Below are positions 49,261 to 55,703 of a DNA stretch of 55,703 nucleotides, piece after piece. Location: IMG/VR virus record IMGVR_UViG_3300050014_000104, positions 1-55,703 of that record; one strand, 5' to 3'. The translations under genes and the position numbers were made by a program. Below the pieces are notes generated by a model, which did not search any database, was not told the DNA's origin, and saw nothing but the letters and a program-made list of their open reading frames with translations. The DNA comes from a virus (taxonomy: Duplodnaviria; Caudoviricetes). Position 1 is the first letter of the stretch. Every line of letters begins with the position of its first letter.

Positions 49261-49337
49261 TGGCGCTCCATATCGGATTCGAACCGATACAGACAATGGG
49301 TTAGAGCCATCCGCTCTGGCCGTTGAGCTAATGGAGC
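49261..49337 (-). tRNA. amber-suppressor tRNA (anticodon CUA)
   Basis: GCTCCAT/ATGGAGC-G-CCA; GCTC/GAGC; GATGG-CTCTAAC-CCATT; ATCGG-TTCGAAT-CCGAT. Clean 77-nt cloverleaf. Confidence 0.9.
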
Positions 49338-49349
49338 GTGGAATGAAAC

Positions 49350-49388
49350 CTATGTCGGACTGTTGCCATTCATAAATGTATTATTCAT
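49350..49388 (-). CDS. leader peptide MNNTFMNGNSPT ending in TAG
   Basis: Starts 10 nt after the -10 box, ends 12 nt before the suppressor tRNA, and matches the pth2 5' end. Confidence 0.65.
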   Translation of the reverse strand: MNNTFMNGNSPT

Positions 49389-49398
49389 TATGCCTATA

Positions 49399-49426
49399 AC
49401 TATAACACAGGTTAGGGAAATGTCAA
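49399..49426 (-). promoter_or_regulatory. sigma70-like promoter for the leader-tRNA(CUA)-pth2 unit
   Basis: TTGACA-16-TATAGT with TGn extension. Confidence 0.75.
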
Positions 49427-49449
49427 ATACTTTCGCAAAAAATCTTTGC

Positions 49450-49809
49450 CTACTTGGCAAAGGGGTTGATAATGAGGGACTTGGCCTTCTTTTCCCAGCC
49501 TGCGTTATTCATCTCTTCCTCGGAAATGAGGTTGATGTTCTCGTGCAGAGTCATAAGCATCACGGTGACGCCCTTCTCCCGCAGTTTGGCTGCGTATGGG
49601 GCGAGAAGTTTGGAGAAGACGGGTGCCACTGCCATCTTTTGAATTGGGTTCTCCACGTCAATGTTGATGACGAGAATCGAGTTGGGCTTGATGTCATCAA
49701 TGTTGATGGTTGTCACCCTATCGGCGGGCAATTGCAACTCGCTCGGGGGTTCGGCGGTTGTGATAAGTGCGGGGTTAAGGGGCGGTTGTTGTTCTTGGGG
49801 TTGGGTCAT
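49450..49809 (-). CDS. hypothetical protein
   Basis: ORF in the minus-strand run. Confidence 0.65.
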   Translation of the reverse strand: MTQPQEQQPPLNPALITTAEPPSELQLPADRVTTINIDDIKPNSILVINIDVENPIQKMAVAPVFSKLLAPYAAKLREKGVTVMLMTLHENINLISEEEMNNAGWEKKAKSLIINPFAK

Positions 49810-49987
49810 TGGATTTGTCTTTCAGTTCAGGACACGAGCCGCTGGTATGGTTTGTCCACAGACCACACAAGGCACACCATTTATTGTGCCAGTTAATGTC
49901 CCCGAAGTTATCATTCCACTTCTTGGGGTTGTACCCCAGTGTAGGTCTCATACCCTTACCGGGGTTACGGAATTCTTTCTTAGCCAT
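49775..49987 (-). CDS. small Cys/His-containing protein
   Basis: WCALCG...H....CP. Confidence 0.5.
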   Translation of the reverse strand: MAKKEFRNPGKGMRPTLGYNPKKWNDNFGDINWHNKWCALCGLWTNHTSGSCPELKDKSNDPTPRTTTAP

Positions 49988-50282
49988 AGGTGCGTCTCCA
50001 TCGGGCATCATACAGCTTGGCGAGTACATCTCGGTGCCACGACATGCGACGAACGAGAGACTTCATCTTTCGATGCATACCCCATGCGGCAAAGAAGCCA
50101 TGAACTTCTTCTTTGGCGAGGGCAGTAAGCTGGGCGCTCATGCGGAGATACTCGCCCTCAACTTCGAGGATACGAGCATCAATTCCGCTGCAACACCGCT
50201 TTTCCTCAGCGAGGATAGCTTTCATGTAATCATTACCCGCCAGAAACGGCAGGTTAGCTACGTTGAAATGTGGGGCATTCAT
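49980..50282 (-). CDS. hypothetical protein
   Basis: ATGA coupling to the kinase gene. Confidence 0.55.
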   Translation of the reverse strand: MNAPHFNVANLPFLAGNDYMKAILAEEKRCCSGIDARILEVEGEYLRMSAQLTALAKEEVHGFFAAWGMHRKMKSLVRRMSWHRDVLAKLYDARWRRTYG

Positions 50283-50755
50283 ATTTTGTGTACGAAAACC
50301 ACTTCATCGAACTCGGGAACTTCGGGACGCTGATAGCGAGCCAGCATATCATCAATGACCTTTTCGGGCACATTGCGGCCACCCTCAGACCCACGCTTGG
50401 CGTTACGGCCCACGAGGACAGACTTCTCACACTCAAAGACTTCGGCAATCACCTTGGCCCCTCGGCCTCGGGCGATGTTGATAAAGTCCTTGCGGGCTTT
50501 ACGATACATATTGGTCGCATCGAAGATTACGCATTTTCCTTCGCCCAAAGCCTTCTTCATTTGGTCCTTGGCGAGGCAGAAAGCGGGGTACGATACCGTT
50601 TGGTCGTGGGAACCCTTTCCAAGAATACGGCGGTTATCGTCGGGGCAAACCCGTACAATGCGAGGGTCGCCCTCAGTGAGGACTTTGCCAAATGTGGTCT
50701 TTCCGCTGCCCGGAGCACCCACCAGTATCCAAACCACTAGCTGTTCTGTTTTCAT
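50279..50755 (-). CDS. AAA_33 / polynucleotide-kinase-like P-loop protein
   Basis: LVGAPGSGKTT...D..R...VIFDATN...R...RN..R...VP. Confidence 0.9.
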   Translation of the reverse strand: MKTEQLVVWILVGAPGSGKTTFGKVLTEGDPRIVRVCPDDNRRILGKGSHDQTVSYPAFCLAKDQMKKALGEGKCVIFDATNMYRKARKDFINIARGRGAKVIAEVFECEKSVLVGRNAKRGSEGGRNVPEKVIDDMLARYQRPEVPEFDEVVFVHKI

Positions 50756-50762
50756 CGTGGTC

Positions 50763-50791
50763 AATATAACCCACTACTTCGATTCTGTCAA
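50763..50791 (-). promoter_or_regulatory. sigma70-like promoter, leaderless
   Basis: TTGACA-17-TATATT; ATG 7 nt downstream. Confidence 0.65.
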
Positions 50792-51181
50792 CATTTTTCG
50801 GGCGCTCTCCAAGATGGAGAAGATATTTTGTCTCCCAATCGGGTTCAGGGTATGGATGTAGTACAGGGGAACAGGCACCTTGCGTTCTACGCATAGGTGA
50901 GCCAGCCATCGGGCACAATCCATGCCCGTCTTCTCTCGGAGAAGTTCATAACGAATGGTGCCGAACGACTCTGAATTTTCATCGTGAGCCGCCGAGTACT
51001 CGGCATAATGCTCGTCTGCCAAGTCGTGGTCAAACGAGACTGTAGTGGGAATACCTTTCTCCGTTATGGTCTCGGTGAATTCAGCATATGATTTTACTAC
51101 CACCCAAGCATACGGAGGGAGGTCGAGCCACTTGACATCGCTCGGTTTACGGTTGTCATCTAGGAATAAGTGATATGACAT
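50774..51181 (-). CDS. cyclic-phosphate-processing receiver-domain protein
   Basis: LFLDD.R.P...SFDHDL...TGMDCA.WL...HT.NP.G..NI. Confidence 0.8.
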   Translation of the reverse strand: MSYHLFLDDNRKPSDVKWLDLPPYAWVVVKSYAEFTETITEKGIPTTVSFDHDLADEHYAEYSAAHDENSESFGTIRYELLREKTGMDCARWLAHLCVERKVPVPLYYIHTLNPIGRQNIFSILESARKMLTESK

Positions 51182-51182
51182 G

Positions 51183-51596
51183 TTATTTCTTTTTCTTCTT
51201 CTCTTCGTCAAACAAAGGATTGAAGATGTTGCCAACTATGAGCATTTCACGGTGATACCCAATATCAATATTCATCTTGCAGTCAGGCATCTTTAATTCA
51301 AACTTTCCATTTGAAAAGACAACGGTGTAACCATATTCTCGGTGCCCATCTTTATCAAACACTAAGACATCTCCCTCGTAGATTTCTTTTCCTGATTTAT
51401 CCGCCGTACCTGTATATTGATGAATAATATAGTCCTTCTGATTGGACTCGGCGTAAGCACCCATATTATCATTGTGCATTACTTTACCATCCACCGACAG
51501 GCAAACCCACGGATGATACTCATATCCTTCTTGGGCAATTCTCAGAAAAGAATTAGAACGTTTAGACCAAATACGAAATTTGAGTTCTCTATTCAT
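51183..51596 (-). CDS. YopX-family protein
   Basis: MNRELKFRIW...QYTG..DK.GKEIYEGDV...VGNIF. Confidence 0.85.
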   Translation of the reverse strand: MNRELKFRIWSKRSNSFLRIAQEGYEYHPWVCLSVDGKVMHNDNMGAYAESNQKDYIIHQYTGTADKSGKEIYEGDVLVFDKDGHREYGYTVVFSNGKFELKMPDCKMNIDIGYHREMLIVGNIFNPLFDEEKKKKK

Positions 51597-51597
51597 G

Positions 51598-52647
51598 TTA
51601 CTTTTTCTTACGCTCAATGTCGAACATAGGATTGAGGACTTTTCCTGACCAGACTTTCTTGAGTACTCCGCTCGTAAATCCTTCTTGCGGACGAACAACT
51701 ACGCCCTCGGCGGGGAAGCCATTTGGATACTTTTGCTCGCTGGCGAATTTCACCAACTCTTCAATGTTGAACCCAAACGCTGTACCCTCACCAATGGTAG
51801 TAACCATTGTGAGACAGTGGTCTTTGCAGAATTGAGTAAGCTTCTCGTAGTTCAAGTAGCCCCGAGTTTTGATGTCGAAGAGATTGAAAACGTGTAGTTC
51901 CAACTCCGTTAGGCCAAGATGATTGTCTTGGATGCCGGGACCGCAGACCTCGCCTTGAATGGCCATAGCTTGGTTAGGGAATGCTGCCTTAATGACGTTC
52001 GCAAGGTCATATTTGCGAGCCATACGCCAGAATCCATTACCCTCGCTTTCTTTCAGGTGAATGCGTCGGCTGCAAACACCAAACTCGTCTGCATTGACGA
52101 AGAAGGTGCCAGAGCAGCCATCATCTTTACGAGTGATGTAGTACGGGCGTCCCCACAATTCCTCAAGGGCAGTAGGATAAGTACGCAGATTGTCCTCGTC
52201 GGTCATGATAAGGAACCCGGGGAGCATACCGACAGCTTGACCAGCCAACTCGGCCGGGATAGGTTTTTCGTAATGGATAACGCTAAGTTTATCGGTGACA
52301 TCTTCACCTTCATTTACCAAGTAGAAATATGGACCATCTGGCAACAAATCAGTGCAAGGTTTTCGTGAAACTTTATCGCCGAGAATGCTCAGAGGAAAGC
52401 AGATTCCCGCACTTTCCTCTCCCCTCAACCGAATTGGTTTAATCCTAAAGTGTTTGTTTCGCAGAAATTCAAACTCAGGAGTTTCAGGAACTACCGAATC
52501 TATGCAGATATAAACACATAAATCCCCCGCCTTGAATTCTCCTTTTTTGACGACGACGTTCCACCCCAATACCTTTGCGATTTCAAGTGCGTCCGCATTA
52601 TTATGCGGAAGAATTTCTCGTATTTTTTGTACTGTTGCTTCTTTCAT
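51598..52647 (-). CDS. RNA ligase (DRB0094/Rnl5-like)
   Basis: N-terminal OB-like NADALE...GW.VVVKKGEF; motif I KDDGCS, QGEVCGPGIQ.N, F.LFD, EGVV.R. Confidence 0.9.
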   Translation of the reverse strand: MKEATVQKIREILPHNNADALEIAKVLGWNVVVKKGEFKAGDLCVYICIDSVVPETPEFEFLRNKHFRIKPIRLRGEESAGICFPLSILGDKVSRKPCTDLLPDGPYFYLVNEGEDVTDKLSVIHYEKPIPAELAGQAVGMLPGFLIMTDEDNLRTYPTALEELWGRPYYITRKDDGCSGTFFVNADEFGVCSRRIHLKESEGNGFWRMARKYDLANVIKAAFPNQAMAIQGEVCGPGIQDNHLGLTELELHVFNLFDIKTRGYLNYEKLTQFCKDHCLTMVTTIGEGTAFGFNIEELVKFASEQKYPNGFPAEGVVVRPQEGFTSGVLKKVWSGKVLNPMFDIERKKK

Positions 52648-53465
52648 AATTTACAGCCCAATCTATGTTGTTCGGAGGAACTATAACCTAACCATGTCAT
52701 TTTGTCAAGTCCAAGATTCCGCAGTTTTTTGTATATGCCGTGATTGAATCCCAATTTTTCTTTTTTGTAATTGCCAAATGCCATTCCAGTAAATTCTTTG
52801 AATTTATTTATTATTGTTGGGCACGAGACACCATATTCCTCAGAAATATCTCGGATGGTTAGAAGTGGAAACTCATGAATTTTTTTTATGATTTCTTCTA
52901 CTGGAATTTCTCGGAAACTTGGATTTTCCTTTCCTGTCCACCGAATTTTATGCATTTCTTTGAGTTTATTGGAAATTGATGGCGTCATTACTTCTTCATA
53001 TTTTTTCCCCCGCCGTGCTACAGATAATTTTTTCTTGGTGATGGATGTATGATGTTGTCCGAAGAAATGATGAAGTTCTCCGAACTTGCCTTCGGTAGGA
53101 TTTGGTGGGGGTGGATGAGTCTGAAAATATTTTTTCAGAGTTTCGCTTATGCGTCGTTTGTATTCCTCCGACCGAATTCCATTTTCTCCCCCCTCGGTGA
53201 GGTTGTATCCGACTGACTGGTCCATAGAGTTGTAATACTTAATCCAATGCTTTTCTCGCTCTCCACTTTCGGATACATTGCATATTTCTACAGTTTCTAT
53301 CGTAAAGTTTTTCTCTCCGTATTTGTTGATAGCAGCGTATAAGTGGCGTCGGTCATGCCATTTTGCTTCGTTGAGATGTTTCCGCCATCGTTTTGCGATG
53401 GTTGAGCTTGTCTTACCAATATAAATTTTGCCGTTTGTTTGGTTGGTTATTTTGTAGATTAACAT
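52644..53465 (-). CDS. GIY-YIG homing endonuclease
   Basis: IYKITNQTNGKIYIGKT...R...H...AINKYG..NF...E..WI...GYN...GG. Confidence 0.9.
   Translation of the reverse strand: MLIYKITNQTNGKIYIGKTSSTIAKRWRKHLNEAKWHDRRHLYAAINKYGEKNFTIETVEICNVSESGEREKHWIKYYNSMDQSVGYNLTEGGENGIRSEEYKRRISETLKKYFQTHPPPPNPTEGKFGELHHFFGQHHTSITKKKLSVARRGKKYEEVMTPSISNKLKEMHKIRWTGKENPSFREIPVEEIIKKIHEFPLLTIRDISEEYGVSCPTIINKFKEFTGMAFGNYKKEKLGFNHGIYKKLRNLGLDKMTWLGYSSSEQHRLGCKL
52680..52708 (-). promoter_or_regulatory. sigma70-like promoter for the RNA ligase, inside the endonuclease 3' end
   Basis: TTGACA-17-TATAGT. Confidence 0.7.
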
Positions 53466-53528
53466 AATACCCTCGTAGATAAATAGTGTTGATTCGCAAG
53501 AAACGTCAATATTCCTCTTTATAATAAG

Positions 53529-53557
53529 TTGACCCTTTTCGCATGGTCTGTTATGCT
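53529..53557 (+). promoter_or_regulatory. sigma70-like promoter
   Basis: TTGACC-17-TATGCT with TGn extension; ATG at 53567. Confidence 0.65.
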
Positions 53558-53566
53558 GTGCGAACG

Positions 53567-54442
53567 ATGGGAGACATAGCGGATGACATAATCGGATGGA
53601 TGGAGGATGCCCTCGATGATTGCAACGGGTTGTATGATGACTTGTGGGCAGATGAATTTTATCCGAAGAGGGTGAAGAAAATACCTACATGTAGGTATTG
53701 TGGAAAGTCTCCGCTCCGCTGGCGGCAGATAAACGATAAATGGGTGCTCCACGAAATGGATGGCCATTACCATGATTGTCCTCAGCATCCATTGCCGCTC
53801 AACGTATTGAAGGACATATTGGCTCAACAGAAAAAGAAACATATGAGTGAATGGGACGATTTCAGAGACACGGTACAAGCACCTTTAGCATACGATGCAG
53901 CTAAGGGCAAGGCCGTGATACAACAACTACTACCAATTCCTTCGTGGGACGAACAGTTTATGCATGATGTCTATTGGTGGGCACGTCGGTCCAAAGACCC
54001 GAGGACAAAGATTGGTGCTTTGCTGGTGGATTGGGATAGCAAAGTTCCATTTGCTCACTCCTACAATAGTTTCGCCCGTAAGGTTGAAGACCTCGACCCC
54101 AAGCGATGGGAGAGACCTGAGAAGTATGAATGGGTAGTTCATGCCGAAGAGAATACTGTGCTTAACTGTGGTCGGCGAGGTTATTGTTCCAAGGGGGCAG
54201 TAATGTACACTCAAGGCGTGCCTTGTACCCGCTGTGCTGACGCTTGCGTGCAAGGCGGCATTGTAGAGGTTGTAGTCCATAAGCAATGGCAGGAATACGA
54301 GAAGAAGTTTGCTTGGGACAAATGGATTGATTCGGCAAAGCGCACCGAACAAAAGTTCAAAGAAGTCGGCATTAAGATAAGAGTTTTCGATGGCGTTCTT
54401 GGAATGCAAGGAGTCCTCGACGGTAAAGTAATCAGTATATGA
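53567..54442 (+). CDS. dCMP deaminase with an N-terminal Zn-ribbon extension
   Basis: RSKDP.TKIGA...HAEEN...PCTRC; N-terminal CRYCG...H.C. Confidence 0.88.
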   Translation: MGDIADDIIGWMEDALDDCNGLYDDLWADEFYPKRVKKIPTCRYCGKSPLRWRQINDKWVLHEMDGHYHDCPQHPLPLNVLKDILAQQKKKHMSEWDDFRDTVQAPLAYDAAKGKAVIQQLLPIPSWDEQFMHDVYWWARRSKDPRTKIGALLVDWDSKVPFAHSYNSFARKVEDLDPKRWERPEKYEWVVHAEENTVLNCGRRGYCSKGAVMYTQGVPCTRCADACVQGGIVEVVVHKQWQEYEKKFAWDKWIDSAKRTEQKFKEVGIKIRVFDGVLGMQGVLDGKVISI

Positions 54443-54741
54443 GAATGAAAATATCAAAGTCCAAGCCTCTTTCACGGAAAAGACTGTTATCTCTAATAGA
54501 TAATGAATTGCACGAATTAAGAGCCGTGGCTGAATCGTTATCCGAGAAAATTGGAGATGGGGAGAGAAGGTTTGTATTCAAAACTATGGTCCCAACATCA
54601 ACTGATGGTTCTGTAATAGCAAATATTCGTAACAATCTATCACACATTAGATGTTGTATCAATTCTATTGCGTGTGGGACAGATAATAGACGGATTCTCG
54701 ACAGTCCACCAGCAATAACGGGGACGAAGACCCGCCAGTAA
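54439..54741 (+). CDS. hypothetical protein
   Basis: ATGA-coupled; the 3' end overlaps a convergent endonuclease. Confidence 0.45.
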   Translation: MRMKISKSKPLSRKRLLSLIDNELHELRAVAESLSEKIGDGERRFVFKTMVPTSTDGSVIANIRNNLSHIRCCINSIACGTDNRRILDSPPAITGTKTRQ

Positions 54742-55398
54742 ATAATATGGGTTAACCCCCGTTTTCTTTCGGAAATCAAACTGCGTGCCCGTGAAATACT
54801 CATTGGTATGGCAATTGAAAAATTTGTGAATGGTGGGAGTTCTTTGAGCTATGCTTTGTCTCTCTCGTTGTTCTGTGGTAAACACTTGTCTTTTGCGTGC
54901 CTCTTTGATTTTCTGTATGGTGTCTCGGCGGTGGTGTTTACCGAACATTACGTTTCGTGACCCTTTGTGAGACCCCGACATTTTTTCTTTGGTTTCATTG
55001 GTGTGTAATCTTCCCCGCATAGGGGCAACAGCATCGTAAGATATGTTATAGGAAGAATTTGGGCAGGATTTACATATGTCTAAATAAGACTGCTCTATAG
55101 TTAGAAGGCGTGCGGGTTCCGCTACCTCTACAATTATAAATTGAAATGCATCTTCTCCATACTTATTCCACGCATTTTGTAGATGTGAGTTCTCATGGCG
55201 GTTTCCATCCAGTCTATTGTAGTGGATTTGCCATCGGCGGTATAATTGGTCCGAACTGCCCACATAATACTTCCCGTTTACCGTGTTGACTATTTTGTAT
55301 ATGCCGCTTGTTTCGCCAGTATCTTGCCCGTGCTTTTTTCCGCTCTCGGGGAGCGTGCTTCCAGTAAGACCGCATTCGGTATTTTCGGTTGAGTTCAT
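54640..55398 (-). CDS. GIY-YIG homing endonuclease with NUMOD3 repeats (start uncertain)
   Basis: GIYKIVNTVNGKYYVGSS...HLQNAWNKYG...YN...HTNETKEKMS...MFGKHH. Confidence 0.9.
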   Translation of the reverse strand: MNSTENTECGLTGSTLPESGKKHGQDTGETSGIYKIVNTVNGKYYVGSSDQLYRRWQIHYNRLDGNRHENSHLQNAWNKYGEDAFQFIIVEVAEPARLLTIEQSYLDICKSCPNSSYNISYDAVAPMRGRLHTNETKEKMSGSHKGSRNVMFGKHHRRDTIQKIKEARKRQVFTTEQRERQSIAQRTPTIHKFFNCHTNEYFTGTQFDFRKKTGVNPYYLLAGLRPRYCWWTVENPSIICPTRNRIDTTSNV

Positions 55399-55438
55399 TC
55401 CATTCTTCCTTGGTTCTATCCAGTTTTTTTCTTCCCAT
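55214..55438 (-). CDS. small basic MGRK-family peptide overlapping an endonuclease
   Basis: MGRKKLDRTKEEWNELNRKYRMRSYWKH...; paralog of 47795-47944. Confidence 0.6.
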   Translation of the reverse strand: MGRKKLDRTKEEWNELNRKYRMRSYWKHAPRERKKARARYWRNKRHIQNSQHGKREVLCGQFGPIIPPMANPLQ

Positions 55439-55497
55439 AATATTTATCCTTACAAAAGACCTTACAAGAATAAATAGCAATTCACGAGTCAAAACGC

Positions 55498-55525
55498 TTG
55501 ACATTTTACAGGAATATGGTAAAAT
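55498..55525 (+). promoter_or_regulatory. sigma70-like promoter
   Basis: TTGACA-16-TAAAAT with TGn extension. Confidence 0.75.
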
Positions 55526-55552
55526 GTTGTCTCAAACTGAAATACAAACTAT

Positions 55553-55703
55553 ATGTCAAAAATAACCATCGAACAGGTAGAAGCAACGTTGTTAGAACGC
55601 AAGATAGACCCTCCAAAGGTAGCCGAAATAATCAAGGATTTGGAGCAAGCCCTCGAAGAAGAGAAGGCTGACCGAGAAGCCAACAAGGTTCCGAAGGCGA
55701 AGT
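55553..55703 (+). CDS. hypothetical protein, truncated by the window edge
   Basis: MSKITIEQVEATLLERKIDPPKVAEII..., open to the end of the window. Confidence 0.65.
   Translation, partial: MSKITIEQVEATLLERKIDPPKVAEIIKDLEQALEEEKADREANKVPKAK

Noticed and set aside
49261-49337. Pyrrolysine tRNA
   Set aside because: It has two nucleotides between the acceptor and D stems, a 5-bp anticodon stem, D-loop GG, a TTC T-loop and a 6-nt variable loop, unlike tRNA-Pyl. No pyl genes are in the window.
52647-52668. ACA-TAG in frame upstream of the RNA ligase ATG
   Set aside because: An in-frame TAA follows before the ATG and there is no upstream start after the promoter.
1-55703. Genome-wide TAG recoding (code 15/16) suggested by the CUA tRNA
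   Set aside because: Long genes are intact in code 11 and TAG ends several complete genes (5511, 10927, 42377, 47149, 49450). Amber use appears local.

Overview
A 55.7-kb segment of a large lytic, T4-like ('huge') bacteriophage genome, read in the standard code. All family assignments come from motif recognition in the translations, not from database searches. The window holds: (1) a replication block with a family-B DNA polymerase split into two genes around an endonuclease cassette, a sliding clamp, a clamp loader and an SF2 helicase; (2) a large glycan cluster (about six glycosyltransferases, three methyltransferases, a sulfotransferase-like protein and gmd) around a Ser/Ala-rich fibre-like gene; (3) acidic, head-like proteins; (4) about 15 free-standing homing-type endonucleases (GIY-YIG, HNH, LAGLIDADG, Vsr-like); and (5) a minus-strand RNA-repair and translation block with an RNA ligase, a polynucleotide kinase, a cyclic-phosphate-processing receiver domain, a Pth2 peptidyl-tRNA hydrolase and tRNAs. 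The strongest new signal is an apparent amber-gated translational circuit. An amber-suppressor tRNA(CUA) follows a leader peptide MNNTF...T-UAG whose readthrough frame runs across the tRNA itself. The downstream pth2 gene begins with the same MNNTF-T-UAG-VS cassette, so it carries an in-frame amber at codon 7. Further downstream are three structurally aberrant tRNA-like genes, one with a 31-nt double-hairpin insertion. Two promoter classes are visible: near-leaderless sigma70-like promoters and a TATTTAT motif that is a putative late promoter.
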